Assembly (NCBI RefSeq): GCF_964204645.1
Contig: NC_134031.1
Location: 6,386,001 to 6,450,000, forward strand
Length of the DNA stretch: 64,000 nt
DNA from: Tubulanus polymorphus
Lineage: Eukaryota > Animalia > Nemertea
Direction of reading: 5' to 3'
The notes under the pieces are model-generated. The model saw only the letters and a program-made list of their open reading frames with translations. It was not told where the DNA came from and did not search any database. The first letter of the stretch is position 1. Each line of letters starts with the position of its first letter. The translations under genes and the position numbers were made by a program. Below, in pieces: positions 11,688 through 24,412 of this stretch.

Positions 11688-12635
11688 ATGAATTCAACAC
11701 AAATTCAAGTAGGTCGAACTTATAACAGTAACATCGTTCTCATGTCCGTAGTGAACTCGTCTAGATTCTACCGCACCGTGTTACTGGCCATTCTACCTAT
11801 CATGTTCCTGTTAGGAGCATTTGGCAATCCAGCTACCTTCCTAACGATGATAACTCGCAGATTCCGCGGTTTGTCTTACGCTAACTATCTTATCGTTTTG
11901 TCTCTCTTTGATTTCATTTTCTGTATCGATTTAACTCTGATGCCTGTTTTACAGTTTGTTCTCTTGAATCTTAACACCGGTCCTATATATATGATGAATT
12001 CACTGATCAGTTGTCAGATCCATGAAATGTTGATGGGAGTTGCCGCTACAAACAGCTCGTGGTTAATAGTAGCAATAACTCTAGAACGTGTGGCAGTTGT
12101 GCTCTTCCCGTTCACATCTCGTTTGATATGTACACCGAGATTCGCTAGATCTGTTATATTGATAATGACCATAGTGAATACACTGGCTATGATTATCCTT
12201 CCCAAGTCAGTGCATTTTAAAGACAGGTTTTTCGGATGTTACTTTGAATTAGTTGACCAAAAGGAATTTCTTGCTCCACTTGGCGTCTACGTTTTTATTT
12301 TCCCTCTTTCTTTGATTTTAGTATCAAATTCTGTAATAATAATTCAGTTATTAAGACGTTCAAAAATAGTTTCGTCTCATCATAAAACTACAGAATCAAA
12401 GCGTACAACAATAATGCTTATAACGGTGTCACTCGTATTTGCAATGTTCACGCTTCCAAACACACTTGCTGCAATCTTACCAATTCACACGGAGCAGAAA
12501 GAATTTTTATATTTCATATTTGCACAAATGCGAGTGTGCAACTATGTGATAAATTTCTATATATATCTTTTACTGGGAAAGGAATTTCGTAAATATTTCT
12601 GCATGAAAATCCGCTGTAAAAGTTCTGTGTATTAA
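11688..12635 (+). CDS. Intronless class A GPCR, subfamily C
   Basis: 315 aa, MNST sequon, GAFGN, LSLFD, ITLERV, FTLP, INFYIY. Confidence 0.9.
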   Translation: MNSTQIQVGRTYNSNIVLMSVVNSSRFYRTVLLAILPIMFLLGAFGNPATFLTMITRRFRGLSYANYLIVLSLFDFIFCIDLTLMPVLQFVLLNLNTGPIYMMNSLISCQIHEMLMGVAATNSSWLIVAITLERVAVVLFPFTSRLICTPRFARSVILIMTIVNTLAMIILPKSVHFKDRFFGCYFELVDQKEFLAPLGVYVFIFPLSLILVSNSVIIIQLLRRSKIVSSHHKTTESKRTTIMLITVSLVFAMFTLPNTLAAILPIHTEQKEFLYFIFAQMRVCNYVINFYIYLLLGKEFRKYFCMKIRCKSSVY

Positions 12636-13321
12636 CCATTGATTTCAAGTTTGATTTGCTAGACACAGCTTTATCTCTCATTTACTGTGAACTGGTTACG
12701 ATGACATTTAGTAAATCCAACAATAAAACTTTGTGGACTTTTCTAATTTCACTTTTCATTGGACTCACAAAATTACAAATTCACTTTTGTAACATAAGTC
12801 GATTTCTATTATTACAAGTTCATTCTATTATTACTAGTTCACTGTAAATGAAAGAGAAACCGTTTTGAGCTTTCTTATTATTACTAGATTCCATATTGGA
12901 CCTACCAATTATAAAATGACAGTAATTATTAACAATTGATGTAGATTCTGATATCATTCAACTGAAAATGGAAAGGTGCTCCCACACTACAAGTAGCCAA
13001 CACTCCAATGGTGACAGGTCACGTGTCTCCTCTGAGCGGTCCTGGGTTCTTCGAACCTGCTACCGACCACATTGTCGGAACCAACGGGCCGAGACAAGCT
13101 GTGGAAAACTATTAAGTTGATGACGAAGGGCGGAATGGGAGTCCTCATCTGCCGAGTAACAGCACCCTAAATAGAACAAGGAATACTGAATAAATGATTA
13201 TCACTTTATTTTACAAATGCTGCCTTTCTATTCCGGTTCCTTTCCAAAACGGAAGTGTTACCACAAAATTACAATAGAGAGGGCGCCACAATACAGCATC
13301 AACATACAGAAAACACCCTAC

Positions 13322-13950
13322 CGAAATTCGAATTTATATTCAACGACAAATTAGTGGAAGTAGTGGACCAATATATGTATCTTTGAATCATAATCCAGCG
13401 CAACGGAAACTTTCATTAAGCGAGAAAACATCTATGCGATAAAGCACGAAGAGCCATGTTCAGCCTCATTAACAAGAGCCGAACTCTGAAGCTGCCCATA
13501 GATATACAGCTCAAACTTTTCGACGCGACGAAAGTTCCCATACTCCTCTACGGTACGAGGTATGGGACTACGAAGATATAAAACCTCTTGAGACGATCCA
13601 TCTACAATTTCTTAAACACGCGCTAGGTGTCATAAGGACCACACCATCGGTGATAGGTTATGGTGAGACCGGCAGATTCCCGCTTACCATAAACATCAAA
13701 ATGAGAATGCTTAGCTATTGGTGTTGTCATTCAAATAATCAAAGCGAACAAAAAATCAGCCGAATTCTTCATAGAATAACATACGCTTTGCTAAAACAAA
13801 ATCAATATTGTGGGAACTGGCATACATTTATCCAACAAACATTGAACAACTGTCCTGGACTAGCATATCTCTGGAACGAGCCATGGCAGAACTTCAACCA
13901 TGAATTGATGATCGGAACGGTTAGACGAATCCTAGAGGACCAGTTCTTGC
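13322..13950 (+). mobile_element. Non-LTR retrotransposon ORF2 fragment (post-RT region, CR1/L2-group-like)
   Basis: Frameshifted translation ..VVDQYMYL..KARRAMFSL..QLKLFD..PILLYG..EVW..LETIHLQFLK..YGETGRFPL.. Confidence 0.8.
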
Positions 13951-14289
13951 GCCAAGGAAAAACAAATTAATGAGAATTAGAGATGAAACTAACTACTGAT
14001 ATTTTAATAAAAACATTCGGCTTTGAATTCAATGATATTATATATTTTTCATGGGGCTTAAAATTAAATCAAAATCGGTATAATGAGTTAAGAAATTTGA
14101 TGAACGTACATTTCATTTCATAACATATAATGGATATCTCAAGAAGTGGCATGCAAGTGGTCAATGGATAAACTTAATAGTGGTAATCAATAAATTAACT
14201 CATGAATATTTCAAAATATCAAAATAAGCTATTAGGGCACAGACGGTCAGCAAAGGTAAATAAATGCATAGACATTGTGTGGTGATTTA

Positions 14290-15079
14290 TATAAAAACAT
14301 ATCTTCAAACTTTGCTCAATGCAAAAAGTAGTTAACCGTTTCCTTCGTCATATCCTTGGACTCCATAACAGATCACCTATTCTACCTCTCCTTGGAGATC
14401 TTAGCCAATTTCCCATACTCATTGAAATAATTTTATCTTCTGTGAAATATTGGTTAAATTGCATGAAAAATAATCAAAACTCCCTGCTCTATCTTTGTTT
14501 GTTAGATATGCATGAATCCTCGTCCCGAGACTCTCGTTTTAATTTTGTTTCTTGTATAAAAAAAATTCTATTAGACTGTAATCTTAACCATATATGGGAA
14601 AATTTAAGGCACAATCCAAATATAACCAGATCAACTAGAATTGTATGTAAATATATGCAGCAGGGTTTTCTTATTTTTTGGAATTCAGAGATCAATGATC
14701 CAACTCACAGCCGGTATAACTTTTATAGAACTATGAAATCTAAATTTCAGCTAGAACCATATTTATTATTTTTAAAAGACCACTCTCTAAAATCAGCAAT
14801 AGCAAAACTTCGAATGTCATGTCATAACCTTATAATTGAAAAAGGAAGGAGACTCGGCATCGCTCAACCAAATCGTATTTGCCCTCACTGTAACGCTGTC
14901 GGCGATGAATCCCATTTTCTTTTTTATTGTAAACTGCAGGATAATTTAGGAACTAAATATGATATTGTAAATCTAAACCTAGACACTTTTCTTTCGGCCT
15001 TTACTAATCCCAATAAACCAATCTTCTTAAATATTGCGAAATTCATATATCATGGGCTTGTAAATATCACTTAAATAAT

Positions 15080-15110
<31 letters not shown>

Positions 15111-15277
15111 GTTAGACATTGTATTCTCTCTCCTTATATTATTTTTCTGTTAGTGCACATCTTTGTGTCACACATTTTTGTTTTTTGTCTGTTTGTTATT
15201 ATTGTTGTTTTCTTCATTCACAATCTTATACTTTGGATTTATGATGAATAAATTGAAATTGAAATTGAAATTGAATA
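14290..15277 (+). mobile_element. 5'-truncated LINE insertion (ORF2 C-terminus with CCHC finger, 3'UTR, tandem-repeat tail)
   Basis: ORF 14319-15074 contains KLRMSCHNLIIEKGR..CPHC..DESHFLFYC. Tail AATAAA(TTGAAA)n. Absent from the paralogous site at ~23600; TATATA on both flanks. Confidence 0.85.
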
Positions 15278-15299
15278 TATAGCAAACTTGTGCAGTGTC

Positions 15300-15468
15300 T
15301 ATGGTGGCTGATTCGGGCCATACTAAAAAATGTTTCTGTACGGCTGAAGCAACGATAAAAACATTTCTACGTTCTCGCGCGCTAAAAACTGGCCAAAGTG
15401 AAAATTTTGTTATCGTTGCTTTAGCCGTACGGAAAAATTTTTTAGTATGGCCCAATTCAGCCACCATA
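15300..15468. mobile_element. MITE with long TIRs, present only in duplication copy A
   Basis: TATGGTGGCTGA..GGGCCATACTAAAAAA / TTTTTTAGTATGGCCC..TCAGCCACCATA, flanked by AGTGTC direct repeats. Empty site TGCAGTGTCTGAT at ~23613. Confidence 0.85.
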
Positions 15469-16262
15469 AGTGTCTGATAACATCAAGGTGAGACAATCAT
15501 CGTAGACTTACCTAAACTATTTCATGAATTGGTCTAATAATCCCAACAAGCAAACCAATCATCCTTGGCCTTTGATAGTCTCCCTCGATATACCATGGAA
15601 ATGGTTGGGGAGTTAATAAAATCCTGAATACTAAAACATACCTTAGTAAATGTATTTGGAAGTGTTAGCATTCTGCTACGAACATTCTACATAGTTTACT
15701 CCTGCTCGGTATTGCAGTCCTAAGTTCCAATCGAATCAAGTAATCATACTTTATAAGATGATAACTAAAGGAAAAAACAACATTCTATTTTCAAGGATAA
15801 TATGTGATTAAGACTCTTAGTTGTGACCCCCCTAAAAATGACCGCACTCTTTATTGAAAATAAGAATATATAATGAGCTTGCCCAATGTTCGATTGTATC
15901 AGTACAATTTAGTTGGTTTGAAAGGATGAAGAGTTTAAAGTTCACTCATTACAAAAACTCAAAGTTTCAGATTAATTACCATATCATCGATGCTATTATT
16001 ACAGTTTTCCATCTTTACTTAGGCCTATCATCATAAAGTACATCCAGATAGATATGTTCAATTTTGTGGAAAGTTGGGACAAATTATGTTTTATCATAAT
16101 AACCACCAAAATACCTCATTCTTAGTTTGTTCCTAAAAGAGGCGTCACAATCGAAAGATGGCGTTACCACTTTTTGAATGCTTGCCAAGGGCCTGTTTTC
16201 TGTGAAACAGCAGAAACCCCTAATACTGATTCGAAAAAAATTGTATGAAGTGAATCAAACTG

Positions 16263-17222
16263 TTATTTGACTGAATTTCTGCACTGGATTTTCATACAGA
16301 AATATTCACGAATCTCTCGTCCGAGTAAAAGATATATATAAAAATTTACAACATAGTTACACGATAAAAACTGATTAAAAATGTCATATAGAAATTCGCT
16401 TCGTTCCTGTGAGATTGGTAAAAATGTAATGGCAGTGTTTGGAAGTGTAAACAGTGCAAATGCGAGTGAAACTGTTACAAGCATAATTGTTGTACGTTTT
16501 GATTTTGTAGTTTTCTGACCAGACGAAACCATTTTTGAACCTCTGAATAACTGAATTATTATAACACAATTTAATGTAATGATCAAAGTTAAAGGTAGGA
16601 GATAGACGTGGACAACAATGATGGTGAAATATGTTATTTGGTCAGATAATTCATAATAACATCCGAAAAATCTGTCGGTTAAATATAGCGACAAAGTTGG
16701 TAGAAGAATGAGAACCAGTACATTCACTGCAGTAATTATCAATATAGCAAATCTAGCGAATCTCGGCGCACATATCAAACGAGATGTGAACGGGAAGAGC
16801 ACAACTGCCGCACGTTCTAGAGATATTGCTACTATTAACCACGAGCTATTGATGGCTGCAAGGTTCATTAGAAATTCATAGATTTGACAACTGATCAGTG
16901 AATTCATCATAAATATTGGACCTGTTTTGAAATGCATGAAAACAAACTGTAAAACGGGCATCAGTGTATAGGCCTTATTGATACAGAACGTGGTATCACT
17001 AAGAGACAAAATGATAAGATAGTTAGCGTAAGATAAACTGCGGAGTCTGCAACTTATCATTATCAGGAAAGTAGCTGAATTTCCAAACGCTCCAAACAGG
17101 AACAAGATAGGCAGCATGACCAGTGACGCAGTACGGTAGACTCCAGATCTATTATTCACAACAGACATGAGAACGATGTAGCTGTTATTAGTTCTACCGA
17201 TCAACATCTGAGTAGAATTCAT
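16263..17222 (-). CDS. Intronless class A GPCR, subfamily C
   Basis: 319 aa, paralog of 11688 in inverted orientation; GAFGN, LSLSD, ISLERA, VNFYIY. Confidence 0.9.
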   Translation of the reverse strand: MNSTQMLIGRTNNSYIVLMSVVNNRSGVYRTASLVMLPILFLFGAFGNSATFLIMISCRLRSLSYANYLIILSLSDTTFCINKAYTLMPVLQFVFMHFKTGPIFMMNSLISCQIYEFLMNLAAINSSWLIVAISLERAAVVLFPFTSRLICAPRFARFAILIITAVNVLVLILLPTLSLYLTDRFFGCYYELSDQITYFTIIVVHVYLLPLTLIITLNCVIIIQLFRGSKMVSSGQKTTKSKRTTIMLVTVSLAFALFTLPNTAITFLPISQERSEFLYDIFNQFLSCNYVVNFYIYLLLGREIREYFCMKIQCRNSVK

Positions 17223-17659
17223 GATTCAGGAGGATGAAATGTCTGAGTGGGTACTGACTGACTGATAGTCTATTGACTCTTTGAGAATGTTCTGGAACTG
17301 ACCGTGTCTTCTCGCGTATTGGAAAATTAATTTAACTTTAATGTAAAGATATCAAAGTCTTTATTGCTGCTACTAAAATTCATTTGTAAGATGTATTGTT
17401 AACAGCGAATATCAAATCTCACAAATCTAACATAATTTACTCAGATTTGTGAATTTTTTTTTCATTGTGTGAAATATAAACGTTTCTGAATTAAGTACGA
17501 ATATTTACCGTACAAGAATTAATCGGAAATGGTAAAATAGCTTATAGTAAAACATATGAACAGGTCGGAAAATGTCTATCAGTTCTATACAAGGAAAACA
17601 CAGGTCAAAATAGCAACAGTTCATTATTCAATCACATTAATATATAGGACAGTAAGACA

Positions 17660-17790
17660 GTAGCGGATACATGAACAATTTTTCGGTGAATTAAAAGCAT
17701 CTATAAACTGTGTAATTTTGGGGGTATTGAGAAGAAGCCCAGATAAATGTTAGTGGTGGTATGAATATCGTATGATGTCTTATCTTCTAT
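17660..17790 (-). pseudogene. 5' relic of a subfamily B GPCR
   Basis: Aligns with 9343-9480 (GGATACATGAACAATT..GGTGAA..CCCAGATAAA..GGTGGTATGAATAT). Confidence 0.6.
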
Positions 17791-18434
17791 TCACGATCGG
17801 ATACACGTATTCCAAGATTTTCACTTTATCTGATTCAGCAAGTATTGCTATAAAATATTGGCAGATCCAAGTTCAAAATTGTAGCAAATCTAGCTACTAT
17901 TTTAGCATCTACGGCGATTTACTGTGAAGTGCTGCGTGTGTATTAAAGGAAAACGAACGTCGTAACGTATTTGGATAACTTACCATTTAATCACGCGATT
18001 TAAGAAGTGCTTATACGAATTTTAACGTATAGTCCGCAGATTTCAACTAGCGATTTTTATCATAGAATGATCAATACGATATCGATGCAACCTTTAGTTA
18101 CAAAGCCATCCCAATTTTATACATTCCTCTGTCCGGTTTTGTAGATTCATAATCAGAGTGCAAAAACTAGGAAAAAGGGGATCGATTAAAAATCAAGTAA
18201 ACGCTCTCAGTAAGGTGGTGACTGCACAGGAAGGTGACAGGTAGATACCCTACACACCAGTAAGGTGATAACTGTAGGCCCGTTACGTCAGTAAGATTCC
18301 GTGGACGCGTATAACAATCATCTTTTCTTCTGTTTCGAGGACCTCGTTTACCTAATCAATTATTCCCAAAAATCGATTAATATTATATTCTATTTATTAT
18401 ACTATCATGCAGTCTATCTATTTGTCTGACATCG

Positions 18435-18610
18435 ATCTTTTGAATTCTCGCGTGAGAAAACCAAACTTTTTGAATTGTCGTGTGAGAAAACCAAAATGTT
18501 TGTTTTCTCGCGTGAGAAAACCAAAAGTTTGGAATTCTCCACGAGAAAACAAAAAAAGACGGTCAATGCATACAGATAAATTTAGTATGGCCCGAATCCA
18601 GCCATCACAG
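18435..18610. repeat. Four ~31-bp tandem repeats plus TIR-like end, transposon-derived (paralog at 26425-26606)
   Basis: TTCTCGCGTGAGAAAACCAAA units followed by TTTAGTATGGCCCGAATC(C)AGCCA, which resembles the TIR of the 15300 MITE. Confidence 0.7.
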
Positions 18611-19055
18611 ATTTTAGATAGACAAAGACGGTAAAAAGCAACCAAAAGAATAGAATCTCAGCTAAGCTATAACTTCACGCTTGAATCAACAATCGTTCAT
18701 TAATAAGAGTACTCGATTTTTGACTGCTGTATAACTTAGCGAATACTACTCGACCAGCATAACTGATTTCTGTGGACAATCATAGAAGATGCAGCTTCGA
18801 AGATAAAATCAACAGACATCAAAACTGTTTGAATTCATGCCGGCGCACGGAGACCGATTTTAATTTGTCGAAGTAATCGGTATTCGTTTAACGGGATTTA
18901 AAACGCCTAATTAGCCGTTAGATTTATCGAGGACGTCACTCGGCCGTCATCACCATCGCGTTTCACGCACACATCGAATTTAATTGGTTGTTACGGTTTT
19001 TGAAAGGTGTCGTGAATATTACGGTTCGACTGGAACTTGATCGCGCTATCGTGGG

Positions 19056-20174
19056 ATGTTCGATGAAAACATTACTCGCGCGAATACTGCCTCGTTGAGC
19101 GATCAACTCAGCTATTGCCAGAGCGTTCAAACTCGCCCTTTCGTATGGTACAACAAACTCAGGGTTTTAACGTATTTAACCTGGTATCTATCGGCGTCAG
19201 TGCTGGGTATAATGTTCAACGCATTCACGTTGTTAGTTCTAAAACAGTTCAGATCTGACATTTATTTTCTCATCAAAACACTCGCTGTAAATGATCTCTT
19301 GTTTATGATCGCTGCATTCATTCTTTATCCTCTGAGAACTGCGTACCTCTACGCGGTTTTGGGGAATCTTCTATTTTACACACATGACTGGAATTTAGGT
19401 TGGATTTTTATCTCAGCCGCTGTGCCGTTTTTCTACATATTTCAGATGACACGTAACTGGTGCACTGTACTGCTCAGTCTAGAGCGGTTAATCGTCATAT
19501 TTTTTCCGATAAAATCTCGTAGATTCCCTAAAAAGTTGGTATCAAAATGTGCAATGGCATTTACTTTGCTGCTAAGTTTTTGTGGTCATTTTATTCAATT
19601 TTTACCAGAAACTCGGCTTGAATTTATCAACTGCCCTGTCGATTGGCCGTATATTACGATACGTTCTAGGAGATACTATCGCTATCCCACGTGGTTTAGA
19701 CATGGCAAGTGGCTTTATAACATTTCCAGCCTAATTATCTTCATGTATTTAACCGTTATAATCCCAATTTGCCTTCTTATCTCCATCAACGTTATACTTA
19801 TATCGGTGATATTTGTGCGTCGGGTTACTCGACGTTCACAGCTCGGTATTACTGATGAATCGTCTAGAAGGGAAATGAGGGTTTTAAGGATGGTTTTATC
19901 GGTAGTTTCGTTGTTCATTATTTGCGAAGGTTTTGGTTTTATTGACCGCATTGGTCACATGGGGTATGTGCCTAGGATTCCGCATATAAGAACAATAGCG
20001 TTGGGATTTTCAATTACAGATTCGACAGTAAACTTTATCGTCTATTGCGCGACAAATGAACAATTCAGAAAGGTAGCCATTGCTATTCTAAGCGACTGGG
20101 CCGTTTCTATCACAAACATATCTCACTACAAACAACGTACTTCGATAAACTTGGCAAAAAATAAAACACCATAA
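19056..20174 (+). CDS. Intronless class A GPCR, FMRFamide-receptor-like, subfamily D
   Basis: 372 aa, LAVND, RNWCTVLLSLERL, FIICE, DSTVNFIVYC..NEQFR. Confidence 0.9.
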   Translation: MFDENITRANTASLSDQLSYCQSVQTRPFVWYNKLRVLTYLTWYLSASVLGIMFNAFTLLVLKQFRSDIYFLIKTLAVNDLLFMIAAFILYPLRTAYLYAVLGNLLFYTHDWNLGWIFISAAVPFFYIFQMTRNWCTVLLSLERLIVIFFPIKSRRFPKKLVSKCAMAFTLLLSFCGHFIQFLPETRLEFINCPVDWPYITIRSRRYYRYPTWFRHGKWLYNISSLIIFMYLTVIIPICLLISINVILISVIFVRRVTRRSQLGITDESSRREMRVLRMVLSVVSLFIICEGFGFIDRIGHMGYVPRIPHIRTIALGFSITDSTVNFIVYCATNEQFRKVAIAILSDWAVSITNISHYKQRTSINLAKNKTP

Positions 20175-21184
20175 ACGTGACTATGCGCTGATTTGCATAA
20201 TGCAAATATTTTTATCGTATCATCTGGTTTTACATAATATGGGAGATAATTCGGAGACCTCTGAACCATTTTACTCATTGTCTTGGATAAGATTGACATG
20301 ACGGGTAAAATATTTAAGAGAACATCGAGAAAATGTAAAACATATCTATAATTAGTAAACGTCGTACACGAGATACTCGTATTGTGAATTTCAATGTGGA
20401 AAAAATATTCCAACGAAAGTGGTAAAATCATGCTTACTAAATACGAATTGAAGAAATTGCAGTCGCAATTAAATCAATATATAATATAATGATTATTTCG
20501 CCATGTATATATGCAGCATCAATGATATACAAATGATAAAAAGTTACATTCATGCGCGGCTGGATGCTTGGAAAGTCGCGTATGGACGTAACTTGTTATC
20601 ATTTGCAATAATACACGATCAAAGCATTTTTCAACATGATAAGAAACAGCAAGAAAACGACAGGAAACGATAGCCAAGAAATTAAATCGTGTCTATTTCG
20701 GCCGAATCCTCGCTTCCCTTGGTAGACTTGCCATTTTACAATTGAAATCTTTTTCTGGTTATGTATCCTTTTTCAGGAATCAGATTTTTGAGTTTACCGT
20801 GTTACATATGATGTGGATTTTAATTACGAAATGTTTCCTTTGCTTTTGTTTACTTCCCACAAAATAATTGCAGCAAAATTCCACATTGAAATCACCCCTT
20901 CAGTTACGTATCCTCACCTATATTGCACGGTGGCCAAAATCAACAGAGCTCAGAAACTGTTTCGATTCGTTCTGGAGATTGATCTTCGTTTTCCGAAGAT
21001 ATCACCGTCATTCTAAAATTGTTGCTCATTTAATTTCTAAGCAACGCAGCGAAATCTCGCAGAAATCTTCGCTCGAATTTCCAGTAACGTAAATGTAAGA
21101 ATCAATCAATTGCTATGCGCGTGTGCAATCTAAAATCTTTGCAATTCAGTTAAATTGTTTTGTTTTTTGTTCAGGTAACGAATG

Positions 21185-21445
21185 AAACTTAAGCCACCAC
21201 CAGAGCAGTCACGTCTCTCCATCGTAGTCGGCCAGGGGGTGGATTTCACCATCTATGTCAGCTGATGTGACACCTCTTAGCAACAACCCCGTTGAATCTC
21301 GTTCGTTGTCTGCTTCATTTTAGAGGACCGCCTAATACCTCTAGATTCCCGTCGAGGAGTGTTAAGATACTTAAAAAAACAGTCTCGTTGGATCCATACG
21401 GCACACATGTCTACACCATCGCAGCCGTCTTTTTCCGCAACAGGA
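21185..21445 (-). mobile_element. RTE-like LINE 3' fragment
   Basis: RRLRWCRHVCRMDPTRL motif typical of the RTE ORF C-terminus; partial paralog at 29090-29245. Confidence 0.55.
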
Positions 21446-22550
21446 GAGATTCATTTCGATGAACAGCACTAATTTTGATGTTATAATCTTTTTTTCGAGT
21501 AAATTCTGATATTCAAATTTTGGTTTCATTAATCTCGGCCTCTGTAAGTGCTCAAATTTGTTAGTGACTGCGCGCAAATAATACTGATTGATCCCAATTT
21601 TTCTTTTTAATCGAATATTCAGTTTTGCCAGGCTGCAGCAGGAGCAGCGAAAAATAACGGTATTCCGAGTAGAGATGGCTGATTTTGTGTTCAAGCTCAA
21701 ACTCATTCGTAAATCAAAGCTTCTAATTAAACTCGTTTAAATAATTTTCTCGGTTCTCTTGTTCATACGTTGTCTGAATGAGAATATTTCGTACTTATTC
21801 CATTTAACCACGGAAATTCCAGATAAAAATGATTCTCAATTATTTCAACATATTTCAACTATAGCGATTATTATCGTAGAATAATTTCTCGGTATCGATG
21901 CAGCGTTTAGTTCCAAACCCATCCCAATTTGATACGAACGGTTCCGTCAAGTATTGTTGAACCACATGTAGAGAGCGCATAAACTGGGGGTCGATTAGAA
22001 AATAATCAAACTTTTTCTCAAAAACAGCATATCAATTCAATGTCATTGTTGTTTTACTCATTCATGTGGTTATGACGAGCTTTGAAGACACGAAACAATA
22101 AATTATTGAATATTATGCTATATAATCTCTTTTGAATTGTCGAGTTCTTAAGGCTCTAGCATTAGAACTGATAAATGTGAAATATGTTAAATGTTAGATT
22201 CTGAGTAAGACTAAGTTTAAGCAGCTTTCATTAACCATTTCAGTAGTGGTTGAATGTGCAAGATAGTTTTATGTTTCATTTCAATCTCTTTTATATTGCC
22301 GCGAGTGAATTGAAGAATATATGTCATGTAGAAAAATCGATTTCACGAAGATCAATATGACTTTTCTTGCAGATGGCAAGTATGAATACATTCATATCTG
22401 TCGCAGTTGATCTATCGATTTGAAGCTTATTCCCTAACCATGTGTGGAAAAGAAAAATATGGGTTGTAAATCGAAAGAGCATACCTGTAGTCGACGTAAA
22501 GAACTCGGCGTAATTACCCGACGATTTCCCAAACACTCTTGAGATTCACG

Positions 22551-22969
22551 ATGCAAAATTTTACTTCTAGCCCACCGAGGATATACATAATACCACGGTC
22601 AAAACCGCCGTTTATTCGGGCTCTCTTTCTATTTCTCCGCAATTATGACGTCTACGAACAAGTAAGATTTGCTAAGGAACTGTACATATATCCACTGGGA
22701 AGCGTGTTCAACTTTCTGACAATCATCTTACTGGTAAAGTGTCGAAAATATCAGTAGGTTCGTTACACGTTTCCGTATCTCATAACTCCAGCGTTTTTGG
22801 ATCAACTTGTCGTGCTGTGTTTGGTTTAAGAAAATTTGCCATGATGACGTACATTATGTTCAAATTTGGATATTATCCGAAAGTTGAAGTTGGACCGCGA
22901 TTGAAGGTAAAAAGGGGCATTGCATTATGTTCATCGATTTACTATTATTGGTATTATTTCTATAGTTTG
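22551..22969 (+). pseudogene. 3'-truncated subfamily B GPCR pseudogene
   Basis: Paralog of 30557-30975 with premature TAG at 22755 and frameshifts; ends after YYYWYYFYSL. Confidence 0.85.
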
Positions 22970-24412
22970 AATGATGTCCCTGAATTATCCGCCGATACAG
23001 TAATACGTACTTGTGTTGTAAAATAATTAAAACTATTTGATATAATCGACTAATGATAATGATTTAAAGCAGTCACTCTTTAAAAGTACTCCAAACGACC
23101 TTTATATATACTGTATTCTCACCTCTATAAGATCATTTCATTTAATCTCACTACACGCCCGTACGGTCCTACCATTCCCTCTTAGATGCTTACTCGCTAA
23201 CAAATTTGGATTGTAGGAAAAATGGCCTAGGAAGAAATGGAAAAAAACGGAGAGAAATTGCCAAGGAAAAAAAATCATGTGAATTTGAGATGAAACTAAC
23301 TACTGACTATGTTAATAAAACATTAGGCTTTCAATTTAATGACATCATATATTTTTCATGGGGCTTAAAATTGAATCAAAATCGGTATAATTAGTTCAGA
23401 AATTTGATGAACTTACATTTCATTTCATTACATATAATGGATATCTCAAGAAGTGGCATGCAAGTGATCAATGGATAAACTTAATAGTGGTAATCAATAA
23501 ATTAACTAATAAGTATTTCAAAACATCAAAATAAGCTATTAGGGCACAGACTGTCTTAAATCGGCAAAGGTAAATGCATAGAAATTGTGTGGTGATTTAT
23601 ATAGCAAACTGGTGCAGTGTCTGATGACAACAAGGTGAGATAATCATCGTAGATTTACCTAAACTATTTCATGAATTGGACTAATAATCCCAAAAAGCAA
23701 ACCAATCTTCCCTGGCCTTTGATAGTCTCGCTCGATATACCATGGAAATGGTTGAAGTGTAAATAAAATCCTGAATCCTAAAACATACCTTAGTAAATGT
23801 ATTTGGAAATGATAGCATTCTGCTACGAACGTTCTACAGTTTACGCCTGCTCGTCATTGCAGTCCGAAGTTCCAATCGAATCAAATAATCATACTTAAAA
23901 AGATGATAACTAAAGGAAAAAACAACATTATATTTTCAAGGATAAAACGTTATTAAGACTCTTAGTTGTGACCCCCTTAAAATGACCGCACTCTTTATTG
24001 AAAATAAGAATATACAATGAGCTTGTCCAATGTTCGATTGAATCAGTATAATTTAGTTGGTTTGAAAGGATGGAGAGTTTAAAGTTCGCTCGTAAAAAAA
24101 CTTTCAGAAAAGTTCAAAAAAGTTTCAGATTAATTAACATATCATCGATGCTATTATTACAGTTTTCTATCTTAGGCCTACTATCATAAAGTACATCCAG
24201 ATAGATATGTTCAATTGTGTGGAAAGTTGGGACGAATTATGTTTTATCATAATAACTATCAAAAAACCTCATTCTTAGTATGTTCCTAAAAGGCGTCACA
24301 ATCGAAAGATGGCGTTACCACTTTTTCAATGCTTGCCAAGGGCCTGTTTTCTGTGAAACAGCAGAAAACCCAAATATTGAGTCGAAAAAAAGTTGTATGA
24401 GGTGAATCAACT

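Larger units (their letters stand above)
13951..22970 (+). repeat. Segmental duplication 1, copy A (copy B at 23260-30975)
   Basis: Collinear high-identity blocks, e.g. 13974/23281, 15480/23630, 16263/24413, 19056/26997, 21690/29665, 22551/30557. Confidence 0.9.

Noticed and set aside
12985-13170. GC-richer segment with a B-box-like GGTTCGAA on the minus strand
   Set aside because: Possibly a SINE head, but there is no second copy, tail or TSD in the window to support a call.
18435-18560. Regularly spaced repeats resembling a CRISPR array (also 3040-3405, 26425-26545)
   Set aside because: No unique spacers, no cas genes, eukaryotic context; these are transposon subterminal repeats.
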